Shown here one piece after another: positions 36,562 to 46,032 of a stretch of 64,000 nt of DNA (the first letter of the stretch is position 1; each line of letters opens with the position of its first letter). The DNA is from Nitrososphaerota archaeon. GTDB lineage: Archaea > Thermoproteota > Nitrososphaeria > Nitrososphaerales > Gagatemarchaeaceae. The notes under the pieces were generated by a model that was given only the letters and a program-made list of their open reading frames with translations, was not told where the DNA came from and did not search any database. Position numbers and translations under genes: made by a program. The stretch lies in contig DAHVLU010000024.1 in the NCBI GenBank assembly GCA_027320175.1, forward strand, positions 16,349-80,348, given 5' to 3'.

Positions 36562-39500
36562 GGCGGGCTTCAGGAACTCGGTCAGCTCCAGCTGATCCGC
36601 CTTCCGTGGGCCCTGGAACAGCTGGTCGAGCTCCCGCTGCAACATGTCCAGCCTGCTCTTCAGATATGGATCCACGTCGTAGTCACGGGCAAGCTTCTGG
36701 GCGATAGAGAGGTACTTTTCCACCGAAGCCCGCGTCAGGGTCCCCCTGATCTCCCCGCCGCAGTTGGGGCACTTCGACGAGAGAGGAAGGCGCCTAATCG
36801 TCAGGCCGCAGCTCTTGCACTTGAACGACTGGGTCGCGTATTTCTTCGCGTTCCCCATGATGTCCCTGATCAGGTGGGTCTTGATTATCGATTCGACCAC
36901 GTCCTTGGTGGACACTGCCTCGATCAATGAAGCGACCTCGATCTGCTTCGATATCTTCTCGTTGAGGGTGCGCAGCGTTGAGTAGGAGGCCCGTGGGCGC
37001 TTGACTGTGATGGAGCTCGTCGGGTGTGTGAAGCCGTAGTCGTAGAACTGTCTGTCGCTCTCGAGGCGAGAGCCTATCCTCTCTATCATTGGCGCCAGCG
37101 CTGCGGCCGGCGGCGTGCCCTGGGTCTTCTCGTAGAACTCCAGGGGGTAGCTGGATGTTATGTCGAAGTTGTGAGCCTGTTCGTCTACTTCCGACGGAAG
37201 TATGACCGGTTGTATCAGAAGGGGGGTGTCCATGTACCCTCCAATCTGGGCAGGGACGTACTGCAGAGAGAAGTTGATCAGCACGTCCATCAACAAGAGC
37301 AGCGAGTCGCCGTCCCCATCGCAGTCGCGCCTCTTCGCGGAGTGCCAGTATGGGTTGGCGAGGCACACTTCTGTGGCCGAGAACCCGACTATCCGCCCTG
37401 CCACCCCGACGGAAGTGTGCGGGGCCAACCCGATGACAATCTTGCCCAGAAGGTCGTTTGGTCCCCTCACGGAGTAGAACGGCTCCAGGCCGTAGAGGTT
37501 CTGGAGCTCGTCGTCCACGCACTGGGCCATCTTCACCAGGTCGGAGCCGATGTCGGCGGGGACGACGATGTCCTGGGGCATAAGCTCGAGGACCTGGTCC
37601 TCCGTTTGTATTGGAGCCCCGTTGATGTCGTGCGAGTACCCCAGGCGGGCCAGGGTGGGGATGTCCCCCTTCACGTCGCTCACCCTGAAGTGGGTGAGAG
37701 GCTCGTTGGTCGCGTCTATCCTGAGGGTGCCGTCCTTGTAGACGTAGGCGTCATGCCTGCTCCTTATGATCCCCTTTTCGAGGGCCTCTGGGAACTTCGT
37801 CACACTCGTCAGCCCCCTGACCCCCTTGACGTGCCGGGCGGAGTTGTAGGGTATCTTCGACCTGATGGCTTCGAGCCTCGACCGGAAGTCGAAGTTCATC
37901 TTGGAATAGGGGAGCGTCTTCGCCCGGCAGTTGGGGCAGACGTTGTCCTGGGCCATCGTGCCGCACCTGGGACAGGCCATGAAGGGCTCGGTGGGCTCTC
38001 CGCAGACCTCGCACTTCGCCGCAAGCCGCCTTTCGCTGCACTTCCTGCAATACAAGTTGACGACCTCGATCTCCGCTCTCTGGGCCCTGGCCGCGGTGAA
38101 GACGTCTCGCATCGGTCCCCCTCCATACCCTACCGGGAACAGGCCGTGGACCGGAGGCTTCATCCTCCTGACCATTGCCTTCTCAGGCCTGCCCACCCTG
38201 ATGCCGATGGTGGTGGTGCTCTGGCGGCCGAGCTGGATCCCCGAGAGGCGCTTGATGTAGTCCGGCTCCTCGACGGCCAAGGCGAACTCCGGGTCGTCGA
38301 GCCTCAGCAGCGTGCGCAGAACCGTGGCGGCCCCGCCGACGACTGCGGCCCGGTCTCCTTCGACCCTGTGCTCTATCAGGCAGGTGTTGAGTATCCAGCG
38401 GACCCTGGGGTCGGCCGCGTCTATGACTACCTCCGAGCCGTCCACCCTCGCGTTCCTCCTCAGCTCGGCCAGGTCCGTCGCCCCGACCCGGTCAAATCTG
38501 GGCGTATGCGATGGATGCAGCGGGATGCCGAGAGACTTTGAGATGGCAATCGCCTCGGCCGCCGATGGGGGGACGAACGGCGACCCGGCCAGCTCCGACG
38601 CTCGGCCCTCTGAGACCCCAGCGGCTTCGAGCATCTGCCTGGCTCCGGGCACTCCGGCGAGCGCCCTCCCCAGGTCCTGCGCCCACCACTCAGGGACGTA
38701 GGGTGACGGAGGGAGGGCCTTGTTGTTCTCGAGGAAGTCACCGTAGCTGACAAGGACGTCTCCCAGGTCGATGATCTTCGCCAGGGAGTCGTGGAGCTCC
38801 TCGGCCTGCGACACGGTCGACACCCTGATTACACTTCCATCCTTGGTCAGGATGGTCGGGCCCTCCAAGGAATCGACGAAGGCTATGGTGGCCGCCTTCC
38901 CGGGCATGTCAACCTTCACCTGGGTCCCAGTGACCACGGGGTAGTCGAGCAGCGACGCCACTGCGGGGTGTATGCCCACTGTCGAAAGCCCCGTGTTGAC
39001 CGACCTGCCGTAGCGGAGCCTGAAGCCGCCCTTGCTCCTGGGCATCGAGAGGACCGCCCTCCCCGAGATGACCTCCTCGAAGTGGGCACCGGCCTTCTCA
39101 GTCTCGTTCGTCGTCTGCTGGGTGCCGCCCTTCAGCATCGACAGGAACTCCCATCCGGTGATGTTGAGGCTCGCGAGCTTCTTCGAAAGCTTGTTCGCCC
39201 TGCCGATGACTCCGTCGTTCAGGACCCTGAGCGCCCCGCCTCTGAGCCTGTCCGTCCTGACCCGCTTGAGGTTCCTATGGACCACCACTTCTATGGGGTC
39301 GGTCTCGATCCCGTCTATCTCGACTGGGATGTTGGAGATGGCCCTCCTGATGTCGTCGTCAGTCACCTTGTACTGGAAGTTCCCCACGTCGCGTTCGTAG
39401 ATCCTGAGCTCCTCGGCGAACCTGTCGATCTCCTCCTGGCGAGCCCTGTAGTTGCTCAGGCCGAGTTTCTTGGCCGTCAGGTCTGCTATGACGAGCGAGA

Positions 39501-40014
39501 AGCCTGCTTCGGTGCCACCCGCCGAACGCATGGGGCCAGCGTAGGACACCGACGCGTACTCCGTGTTGTCGTCGTTCTGCTTTATCGTGACCGCAGATAT
39601 CCCCTCCAGGGGCGCGACTGTGACCCCGTCGGTCATCACGGCGAGCCCAGCCCTGACCCCGTAGCTCAGGGCCTCGTGCCTTTCGATGGTCCCGAACTTC
39701 CCCAGGGCGATCTCCTGAGAGATGGTGAGGGCGGCGCGCTCCTTCGTGGTCGTGTGGAGCAGCTCGCGAAGCCTGTCCACCAGCCCCTCGAACTGGTCCA
39801 GGCGCAGCATCTGGTTCACTCTGTCCGCCAGGTCGAAGACCGTCTTGCTCTCCACCGCGTCGGTGGGGTCGTGCCCCTTGGAGCGGGCGACGGCGGCCAG
39901 GTTCTGCGCGGCCTCGTATTGGGAGAGTATGTCCCTGTAGTAAGGGTGGAGGTGCTCCGGGAACGGCGCGAGGGTCTTGACGCGCTCCCAAGCGCGGTCG
40001 GCAGAGAAGGACAT
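36550..40014 (-). CDS. DNA polymerase II (PolD) large subunit DP2
   Basis: 1154 aa. Zinc clusters (CRKCSERRLAAKCEVCGE...CPRCG...CPNC; CKSCG...CPNCGG). Catalytic-type KRRDCDGDGDSLLLLMD. Confidence 0.9.
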   Translation of the reverse strand: MSFSADRAWERVKTLAPFPEHLHPYYRDILSQYEAAQNLAAVARSKGHDPTDAVESKTVFDLADRVNQMLRLDQFEGLVDRLRELLHTTTKERAALTISQEIALGKFGTIERHEALSYGVRAGLAVMTDGVTVAPLEGISAVTIKQNDDNTEYASVSYAGPMRSAGGTEAGFSLVIADLTAKKLGLSNYRARQEEIDRFAEELRIYERDVGNFQYKVTDDDIRRAISNIPVEIDGIETDPIEVVVHRNLKRVRTDRLRGGALRVLNDGVIGRANKLSKKLASLNITGWEFLSMLKGGTQQTTNETEKAGAHFEEVISGRAVLSMPRSKGGFRLRYGRSVNTGLSTVGIHPAVASLLDYPVVTGTQVKVDMPGKAATIAFVDSLEGPTILTKDGSVIRVSTVSQAEELHDSLAKIIDLGDVLVSYGDFLENNKALPPSPYVPEWWAQDLGRALAGVPGARQMLEAAGVSEGRASELAGSPFVPPSAAEAIAISKSLGIPLHPSHTPRFDRVGATDLAELRRNARVDGSEVVIDAADPRVRWILNTCLIEHRVEGDRAAVVGGAATVLRTLLRLDDPEFALAVEEPDYIKRLSGIQLGRQSTTTIGIRVGRPEKAMVRRMKPPVHGLFPVGYGGGPMRDVFTAARAQRAEIEVVNLYCRKCSERRLAAKCEVCGEPTEPFMACPRCGTMAQDNVCPNCRAKTLPYSKMNFDFRSRLEAIRSKIPYNSARHVKGVRGLTSVTKFPEALEKGIIRSRHDAYVYKDGTLRIDATNEPLTHFRVSDVKGDIPTLARLGYSHDINGAPIQTEDQVLELMPQDIVVPADIGSDLVKMAQCVDDELQNLYGLEPFYSVRGPNDLLGKIVIGLAPHTSVGVAGRIVGFSATEVCLANPYWHSAKRRDCDGDGDSLLLLMDVLINFSLQYVPAQIGGYMDTPLLIQPVILPSEVDEQAHNFDITSSYPLEFYEKTQGTPPAAALAPMIERIGSRLESDRQFYDYGFTHPTSSITVKRPRASYSTLRTLNEKISKQIEVASLIEAVSTKDVVESIIKTHLIRDIMGNAKKYATQSFKCKSCGLTIRRLPLSSKCPNCGGEIRGTLTRASVEKYLSIAQKLARDYDVDPYLKSRLDMLQRELDQLFQGPRKADQLELTEFLKPALAK

Positions 40015-40074
40015 TCGAGTGCACGGAGCCCCGGTGGGTCTTAAGCCCTATGCAGGTCGGTTCTCCCCGCGGGG

Positions 40075-41058
40075 TCACTCATGCCCCAGGACGGCGTGTG
40101 GCATGTACGGCTCTTCTAGGGCTTTCACGTCGGTCGACTTCAAGTGGAGGTCGACCGCGTCGGCGAGCTCTTCGAGCTGCGCGACCTTGGTGGGGCCGAT
40201 GATTGGAGACGCGACGCCGTCCTTCGTCAGCAGCCACGCGAGGGCGACCTGCGCGGGGCGAACCCCCTTCGCCTTGGCCACCTCTACGAGGCGCTCGACC
40301 ACGTCGAAGTCCTCTGGTCGGAAGTACCTGGAGGCCAGATAGCGGTCGCTGTGGTATCTGGCGCCTTCCGGCTTCGCCCGCCGCCTGTACCGCCCCGTCA
40401 GGAACCCCCTGCCGAGGGGGCTCCACGGGATCAGGGGTATCCCCTCCGACCTGCAGAGCGGGATCATCTCCCGCTCCTCTTCCCTGTAGGCCAGGTTGTA
40501 GTGGTTCTGCATCGTCTTGAAGCGCTCCAGGCCGTCTCTGTCGCTTGTGTGGAGGGCCCTAGCGAACTGCCACGCCCACATGCTCGAGCCCCCTATGTGG
40601 TCGGCCGCCCTGAGCTTCCGGACCACGTCTGTGAGCGTCCTCAGGAACTGCTCGACAGGAGTATCGTAGTCCCAGCGATGGATCTGGTAAAGGTCCACCC
40701 TGTCCGTCCTGAGGTTGGCCAGGGAGCGCTTCAGGTTGCGCATCACGTGCCTCCTCCCCAGCCCCCTGTCGTCCGGCCCGTCTCCCGTAGGGAGCCCGAC
40801 CTTCGTGGCCAGGACCACCTGGTCTCGCCTGCCTTCGAGCGCCTTCCCCACGATCTGCTCGGACCTCCCGTTCGAGTAGACGTCTGCCGTGTCGAAGAAA
40901 TTGATGCCGAGGTCGATCGCCTTGTCTATCACCCGCTTCGAGTCGTCGTAGCCCAGCGTCCACTCGAAACCCCGGGCGTCGGACCCACCGAAGCTCATGC
41001 ACCCGATACAGACCCTGGAGACCTTCAGGCCTGTGTCGCCCAGGGTGGCGTATCTCAT
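40075..41058 (-). CDS. Aldo/keto reductase
   Basis: LGDTGLKVSRVCIGCMSFGG, NFFDTADVYSNGRSE, LDRVDLYQIHRWD. Confidence 0.85.
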   Translation of the reverse strand: MRYATLGDTGLKVSRVCIGCMSFGGSDARGFEWTLGYDDSKRVIDKAIDLGINFFDTADVYSNGRSEQIVGKALEGRRDQVVLATKVGLPTGDGPDDRGLGRRHVMRNLKRSLANLRTDRVDLYQIHRWDYDTPVEQFLRTLTDVVRKLRAADHIGGSSMWAWQFARALHTSDRDGLERFKTMQNHYNLAYREEEREMIPLCRSEGIPLIPWSPLGRGFLTGRYRRRAKPEGARYHSDRYLASRYFRPEDFDVVERLVEVAKAKGVRPAQVALAWLLTKDGVASPIIGPTKVAQLEELADAVDLHLKSTDVKALEEPYMPHAVLGHE

Positions 41059-41115
41059 CGGAACCCGTGACCGGGCCCCTCGTTAAAGGGTTGGCTCGGG
41101 TTCTTAACCCAAGCC

Positions 41116-41517
41116 GTGGTTCCCCGTCCCATGGGCGCTCTTACGCCGAAGCAGCTCGCGTTCCTCAAGGCGCACGAAGTGTGCAGGCTCGCCACCGCCT
41201 CGAAAGATGCCAAGCCCCATGTGGTCCCCGTGATCTACGCCCTTGACGGGGAGGACGTGATCGTCGCCGTCGACTACGGGACCAAGAAACTGAAGAATCT
41301 CAGAGAGAACAAGGAGGTCGCCTTGGTGATCGACGAGTATCACCCCAACAGGGCGGTCATGGTCGAAGGCACCTGTGAAATCCTGGAACGGGGGAAAGAG
41401 TACCTCCGCCTCCTGCGGATCCTCTTCGACCGGTTCGAGACCTATCGGAAGAACCCGTGGGGAGAGGGCGAGTCTCCCATCCTGAAGATCAGGCCCACGA
41501 AGGCTGTCAGCTGGTGA
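41116..41517 (+). CDS. Pyridoxamine 5'-phosphate oxidase-family (PPOX-class, likely F420/FMN-dependent) protein
   Basis: CRLATASKDAKPHVVPVIYALDGEDVIVAVDYGTKKLKNLRENKEVALVIDEY. Confidence 0.7.
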   Translation: MVPRPMGALTPKQLAFLKAHEVCRLATASKDAKPHVVPVIYALDGEDVIVAVDYGTKKLKNLRENKEVALVIDEYHPNRAVMVEGTCEILERGKEYLRLLRILFDRFETYRKNPWGEGESPILKIRPTKAVSW

Positions 41518-43768
41518 GCGGCCCGCTCCTCCGGGCCTCGTAGGCCCGCAACAGCCCCCGAGCGTTGTATCGAGGGTCGAACGGCGCGAGCACCGACGAA
41601 CATGTCTCGGCGAGCAGTGCGATGTAGCGCCCCGAGTCGTACTTCGCCTGGTCTTCCACCATGTCCAGGGGGGTTGCCCTCTTGGAGTCTCTCCCGCCGT
41701 AGTCGGTTATGACGTAGCGTATCCCTTCCCCCGCGTGAAGTGACGCTCCTTCGCGGGTCAGCTGGTCGATGGCCGCGTGCTGGATGGTCATCGCGGTGTA
41801 TTCGTCCGGCGCCTTCGACAGGTTGGTGGTGTAGGCCAGCTGCGATGCGGGGACCTCGTGCCGGCTGAGTGAGTCGGCCCAGCCGAGGAAAATCTCGACG
41901 CACTCCGGGACCCTTGCCCTGACCCCGTCCACCGAGTCCGCCCGCGCCATGACCTTCAGCACGTCCATCTGGCATCGCGCGAAAGCCGGCGGCGTGTCGT
42001 GGCGACGCGCCTCTACCCCTCTCACCTTCAGGCTCCCATCCTGATATGCCCCGAAGTACCTGTTGAGCACCGGGATGTTAGGCTCGGCCTTGGACGAAGG
42101 GAACGCCACCCATTTGTAGACCCCCTCGAACGACATGGCGAACCCGGTCTTCGATTCGATTTCCGCCTTGAGCTCCAGGTACTCGCTCCTGCCCGCCCCC
42201 GCTTTTCTGAGCCACAGGGAGTCCACTATGCCGTGGATCACCTCGAACCCCTGCCCCTCGGCGATCCGGGCTGCGTCGATCAGCGTCTTCCTGTCCCAGG
42301 CGCAGACCGCTATGTGGGCGTCGATGCGCCCGAACTTCGCGTTGTTGAAGCCCAGGTAGCCGAACGTGGTGACTCCGAGCCATTTGAGCGCGGCCTGGCG
42401 GGCGTTGTACTTCTGGCGGTCTGCCTCGTTCGCCGCGCCGGCCCTGAGCGCCTTGTAGCGGAGCCTCTTCTCCACTATGATCTCGATGGCGAGGGGGACG
42501 ATTCCCTTCCTCCTCCTGCACACGTTCCAGTCGAGCTCGGGCACCCGGTTGTCGGAGTCGGGGCAGCAGGAGCACTTGACCGTCTCGGCGGAGATGTTCT
42601 TCCTGTACATTATGTTCGGGTACAGCGCGGAGAAGTCCAGCTCGCCGACGTCCTCGTACACGCCTGCGTGTGGCTCGAAGATGAAGCCCCCCCTGTCGGC
42701 CATCAGCAGCTCGTTCCTGTCTTTGAAGCGCTCCGCGAGGGTCGGCTTCCAGGGGACGAGGAGCCCCGTCTTGTAGGCGTGGTAGAACTGGAGGCTGGAG
42801 AGGGCCTTCCCTATGCTCGCCCTGCTGGACGCGTGCAGCGGCATCCGGCATATCCTGCTCAGCTCGAAGAGCCCTTCGAACCCCGCTTCCGAGTAGGCGA
42901 AGGATGTGTTGATGTCGATGTGCACCCTCCCCCTGAGCTTCATGGCCGAGGGCTTGTAGTGGACACGCCCGTAGCTGAAGTAGGAGGTGCCGCCCTTCGA
43001 CGGGAGCTTCATGACCGTGCGGTCTCGGTCAAGGACGAGCCGCGACGCCAGTCCGTTGACCTGGGCCCGCCTGATCAAGTAGGGGAAGAGGAAGGTGTCG
43101 CCGTCGTTGGTGAGGACGAAGTCGGGGTCCACGTCTTCTACGGCCCGGACCAGCCCCATCAGCTTGTCGGCCTCGTCGGTGCCGTCGATGGCTACATTCC
43201 CGTCGTCGCTCTCCAGGGTGACCGCCCCGAGCCTGTCGGTGAGCCGCGGCAGCCGCCCTTCCTTCGCCACCTCCACCTCGAGCTTGAGCTTCCTCAGCCC
43301 CGGCACGCCATATTCGTATGCCCAGACGTCGTCCTCGAGGCCCCACCGGAGCCTCCCGTCCTTCTGCTCCACCTCGCAGAGGGCGAGGGGGAAGATGCCC
43401 TTCTCGTAGAGGTAGCTCTGGGCTGGAGGGACGTCGGCGTTGTAGAGCCTGAACGTCCCGAAGGGACCGAGCCTTTCCACCCGCCCGGCGACCTGCTGCG
43501 CCTTCGTCGCGTCCTTGAGCTTCATCTCCAGCACCTCGGACGCCTCCGAGTCTGTCACCATCTCGCGCCTTTGGACAGTCCGGGCCCACTCGAAGTCCTC
43601 GCGGACCGTGTGCAGGGGGACCGCGAAGTCAGCCTTGTTGTCGGTGCCCACGAACAGCGAGGGGGACCATCGGTCGACCAGCCTGACAGCGTCGCCGTTC
43701 TCTAGCTTCAGCCAGACGACCATCTCCCCGGGGTCGCCCGGGTACAGGTCAAGTATCCAGCCGCGCAC
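41507..43768 (-). CDS. Family B DNA polymerase with degenerate exonuclease and polymerase motifs (PolB2-like)
   Basis: Motif A DFSALYPNIM is intact. Motif B position reads KWLGVTTFGYLG. Motif C position reads HGIVDSLW instead of YGDTDS. Exo I LEVEV, Exo II NDGDTFLFPYL (FD to FL), Exo III YSEAG (Asp to Gly). Confidence 0.8.
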   Translation of the reverse strand: MRGWILDLYPGDPGEMVVWLKLENGDAVRLVDRWSPSLFVGTDNKADFAVPLHTVREDFEWARTVQRREMVTDSEASEVLEMKLKDATKAQQVAGRVERLGPFGTFRLYNADVPPAQSYLYEKGIFPLALCEVEQKDGRLRWGLEDDVWAYEYGVPGLRKLKLEVEVAKEGRLPRLTDRLGAVTLESDDGNVAIDGTDEADKLMGLVRAVEDVDPDFVLTNDGDTFLFPYLIRRAQVNGLASRLVLDRDRTVMKLPSKGGTSYFSYGRVHYKPSAMKLRGRVHIDINTSFAYSEAGFEGLFELSRICRMPLHASSRASIGKALSSLQFYHAYKTGLLVPWKPTLAERFKDRNELLMADRGGFIFEPHAGVYEDVGELDFSALYPNIMYRKNISAETVKCSCCPDSDNRVPELDWNVCRRRKGIVPLAIEIIVEKRLRYKALRAGAANEADRQKYNARQAALKWLGVTTFGYLGFNNAKFGRIDAHIAVCAWDRKTLIDAARIAEGQGFEVIHGIVDSLWLRKAGAGRSEYLELKAEIESKTGFAMSFEGVYKWVAFPSSKAEPNIPVLNRYFGAYQDGSLKVRGVEARRHDTPPAFARCQMDVLKVMARADSVDGVRARVPECVEIFLGWADSLSRHEVPASQLAYTTNLSKAPDEYTAMTIQHAAIDQLTREGASLHAGEGIRYVITDYGGRDSKRATPLDMVEDQAKYDSGRYIALLAETCSSVLAPFDPRYNARGLLRAYEARRSGPLTS

Positions 43769-44015
43769 CGCTCTCCGCCTTCAGTTTCTCCACCTCTGAC
43801 GCCAGCCAGACGATGGTCTTGTGCTGCACGAGGAGGAGGCTCATGAAGACGGCCTCGGCAGGGAAGGGCGACTCCCTGGCCTGAATCGATGGGAAGTATT
43901 CGTAGCACTGCCTGATCATGTCCTTGAAGAGCGCCCTGTCGTCCGCCCTGAGGGCGTCTGCGAAGCGCTGCCAGCTGTCGAGCTCCTCGATGATCTCGCC
44001 GTCGGTGAGCGTCAT
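43749..44015 (-). CDS. Small helical protein (88 aa), paralog of the upstream 89-aa gene
   Basis: ELDSWQRFADALRADDRALFKDMIRQCYEY...AVFMSLLLVQHKT. ATGA overlap with the upstream gene; 20-nt overlap with polB. Confidence 0.6.
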   Translation of the reverse strand: MTLTDGEIIEELDSWQRFADALRADDRALFKDMIRQCYEYFPSIQARESPFPAEAVFMSLLLVQHKTIVWLASEVEKLKAESGARLDT

Positions 44016-44281
44016 CCTTTGGCCTCCCTGCGTCCCATGGCGGAAGCCGCGCCCGCGCACCGCGCGAGGGTCCTGTAGTGGTGGAAGATTATCGCCATGG
44101 TCATGCCCTCGAACTTCGACGCCCTCAGCGCGGCGGAAGAGGCCGAGGTGTAGAGCCTGGCCGAGCTCAACATCTCGTCGAAGTCGGCCTTGGCTTCCTT
44201 CGGCAGGGCCTTCCTGAACGACCTCCACTCGGCTGTCTCCTGTGCTTCGGCTATCCTGAACGACGGGACCGTGCGGCCCAT
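44012..44281 (-). CDS. Small helical protein (89 aa), paralog of the downstream 88-aa gene
   Basis: ETAEWRSFRKALPKEAKADFDEMLSSARLY...MTMAIIFHHYRT. Only the last 89 codons of track ORF 44012-45016 look coding. Its start overlaps the stop of the upstream gene. Confidence 0.6.
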   Translation of the reverse strand: MGRTVPSFRIAEAQETAEWRSFRKALPKEAKADFDEMLSSARLYTSASSAALRASKFEGMTMAIIFHHYRTLARCAGAASAMGRREAKG

Positions 44282-45213
44282 CAGCGCGGAGCCTCCGTCC
44301 TCGCCGCTCTCAGCAGCTGGCTCAGCCTGAAGGTGGCGGCGCCCGGGGCCCTGTTCCTGTGCTTGACCAGCTCGGCCCTGACGGCGTCCCCGTCTGGGGA
44401 AAGATGGACCGTGGCGTCGGACCACGAAGTTACGATGTCGTCGTACCTGTTGGGCGAGGCCAGGGTGGCGAGAACCAAGGCGCGCCGCTTCGCCTTGGCT
44501 ACTCCTTCCTCCACGGCGCCGAGGACCCGCCGCGCTTCCCTCTCGTCCAGCTCTGGCTCGTTGAACGTCCCCAGCGCGTCGGAGATGACCACGAGCCTCG
44601 TCCCGTAGTCGTCGATGGCCCGGGTCAGGTGTTCGGAGACGAGGGCTGCGAGCTGATAGAAGGTGAAGACACGACACGAGGCTACGCGCCTCATGGCTGC
44701 CGCGGGCCTGAGACCCTTCTGTCTGGCGAACGACGAGAAGAGGTATGGGTCGGATCGGTTGCCGCCGTCTATGAAGAGGACCGTGGAGTCGAGCCCTCCG
44801 GCCTCGACCGGAAGCTGGGCCCTGAGCGCTGCCAGCTCCGCCACCGCGGACGACGGACCTCCGCTGAGGACGACCAGACGTCCTTCTGACAGGGGCCTCA
44901 GGAGCGAATCGAGTTTGGAGAAGCCGAGGGAGAAGTGCGGGATCGAAGAAGCCGGCCGGAAGAGCGGCTCGGCCATCTTGGCGGAAAGGTCGGGGTTCAC
45001 GAAGACGTCTGACCACTCCTCAGGCACCGGAGCGAGCCTGCACTCGACCCCTCCTGCGAGGGGCCGGCCGCAGCCCTTGCAGAGGCCTTCGAACGAGCCC
45101 AGAGGCCCGAGGGCGCGCCTGACTTGGGCTACGCAGTCGCAGCCAGAGCAATAGTACACGAACCGTTCCTTGCCCCCCGTCACCTGCTCGTAGAGATAAT
45201 GGGGCTTGGACAT
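44281..45213 (-). CDS. Zinc-ribbon + RecA/RadB/KaiC-like domain protein lacking a Walker A lysine
   Basis: N-terminal YYCSGCDC...CKGCGRPL. RecA-like layout (GFSKLDSLL...GRLVVLSGGPSSAVAE in the P-loop position, VLFIDGGN, LVVISDAL as Walker B). TATA ATTATAT sits ~27 nt upstream. Confidence 0.65.
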   Translation of the reverse strand: MSKPHYLYEQVTGGKERFVYYCSGCDCVAQVRRALGPLGSFEGLCKGCGRPLAGGVECRLAPVPEEWSDVFVNPDLSAKMAEPLFRPASSIPHFSLGFSKLDSLLRPLSEGRLVVLSGGPSSAVAELAALRAQLPVEAGGLDSTVLFIDGGNRSDPYLFSSFARQKGLRPAAAMRRVASCRVFTFYQLAALVSEHLTRAIDDYGTRLVVISDALGTFNEPELDEREARRVLGAVEEGVAKAKRRALVLATLASPNRYDDIVTSWSDATVHLSPDGDAVRAELVKHRNRAPGAATFRLSQLLRAARTEAPR

Positions 45214-45345
45214 CTAGGGGGGCCGGAGTTTCCGCGGAGATATAATCCGGGAACCGAAAGCGAAGGCCCGGTCAGAGAGAGGCTGGTGAAAGTGATGAGA
45301 GCCAGTTCAATGTTATAAAGCGAACGTTGGGCTCGGCGGGACAAC

Positions 45346-45433
45346 GCGGGGGTCGCCCAGCCTGGTCAACGGCGTGAGGCTCAGGACCTCATCCCTTAGG
45401 GGTTCGAGGGTTCAAATCCCTCCCCCCGCACCA
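45346..45433 (+). tRNA. tRNA-Leu(CAG): tRNA-Leu (anticodon CAG), CCA encoded
   Basis: Acceptor GCGGGGG/CCCCCGC, anticodon arm TGAGG-CTCAGGA-CCTCA, long variable arm, T arm GAGGG-TTCAAAT-CCCTC, discriminator A. TATA GTTATAAAG ~28 nt upstream. Confidence 0.9.
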
Positions 45434-45492
45434 ATGATATGCAACCGGTTAGATGACCGACTGCTGCCTGCAGCCGCCGTGCCTTCGGCCGA

Positions 45493-45933
45493 TCAGGCCG
45501 GTCTGGGCGGCGTGGGTCGGGGCGCCGGCGCGGGCGGCGTCGAAGGAGCGGGCGTCGCGACCGGTGCTGCTGGCGCGGGTGGCGGCGCGGGCTTGAGGAT
45601 GGGTTTCCCCGTGATCGTTGACAGCGCGTCCCTTCCCCGGTCAGTCAGCTGATACCTCGCGGGGTTCCCGAAGTAGTCCACCATGAACTCCACGAAGCTC
45701 AGTGCTGTGAGCTGTCTGACAACCCAGAGCGTCGTCCACTCGGCGCTGTCTTTGATGGCGTCGTCCAGCTCGGCGTTGCTCATCCCCTCCTTGCTCTTCG
45801 CCAGGGCCGACATGGCGTCCATGAGGTGAGGCGACACGGCCACCTTCCTCAGGACAGACCTCTGACCTCTGGCGTCGACGGGCCAAACCCAGATGCCCTT
45901 GGGCATGCGGGGGGCCGACTGGCGTCGACTCAT
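45493..45933 (-). CDS. wHTH-like protein with Pro/Ala-rich C-terminal tail
   Basis: MSNAELDDAIKDSAEWTTLWVVRQLTALSFVEF...ARYQLTDRGRDAL, then PAPPPAPAAPVATPAPSTPPAPAPRPTPP. Start trimmed to the ATG at 45933. Confidence 0.55.
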   Translation of the reverse strand: MSRRQSAPRMPKGIWVWPVDARGQRSVLRKVAVSPHLMDAMSALAKSKEGMSNAELDDAIKDSAEWTTLWVVRQLTALSFVEFMVDYFGNPARYQLTDRGRDALSTITGKPILKPAPPPAPAAPVATPAPSTPPAPAPRPTPPRPA

Positions 45934-46032
45934 AAATCCTGCGCGGGGTGATTTAATCGCTTTAACGTGGTTATCAATTGTTTTTAGTTTTCTTGGAGAA
46001 GTAAACGCCCTGCCGCTGAAACGTCGGAAACC

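Noticed and set aside
37024-40044. 505-aa and 417-aa plus-strand ORFs (37024-38541, 38791-40044)
   Set aside because: Both are antisense shadows of the PolD DP2 gene, which has unambiguous zinc clusters and the DCDGDGD motif.
41999-43705. 568-aa plus-strand ORF
   Set aside because: It is antisense to the family-B polymerase gene. It has low-complexity Arg/Pro/Gly/Val composition and no motifs.
44282-45016. Upstream 245 codons of track ORF 44012-45016 (334 aa)
   Set aside because: This part overlaps the RecA-like gene in another frame and translates to Arg/Gly/Pro-rich low-complexity sequence. Only the last 89 codons (from ATG 44281) look like a real protein, with a paralog next door.
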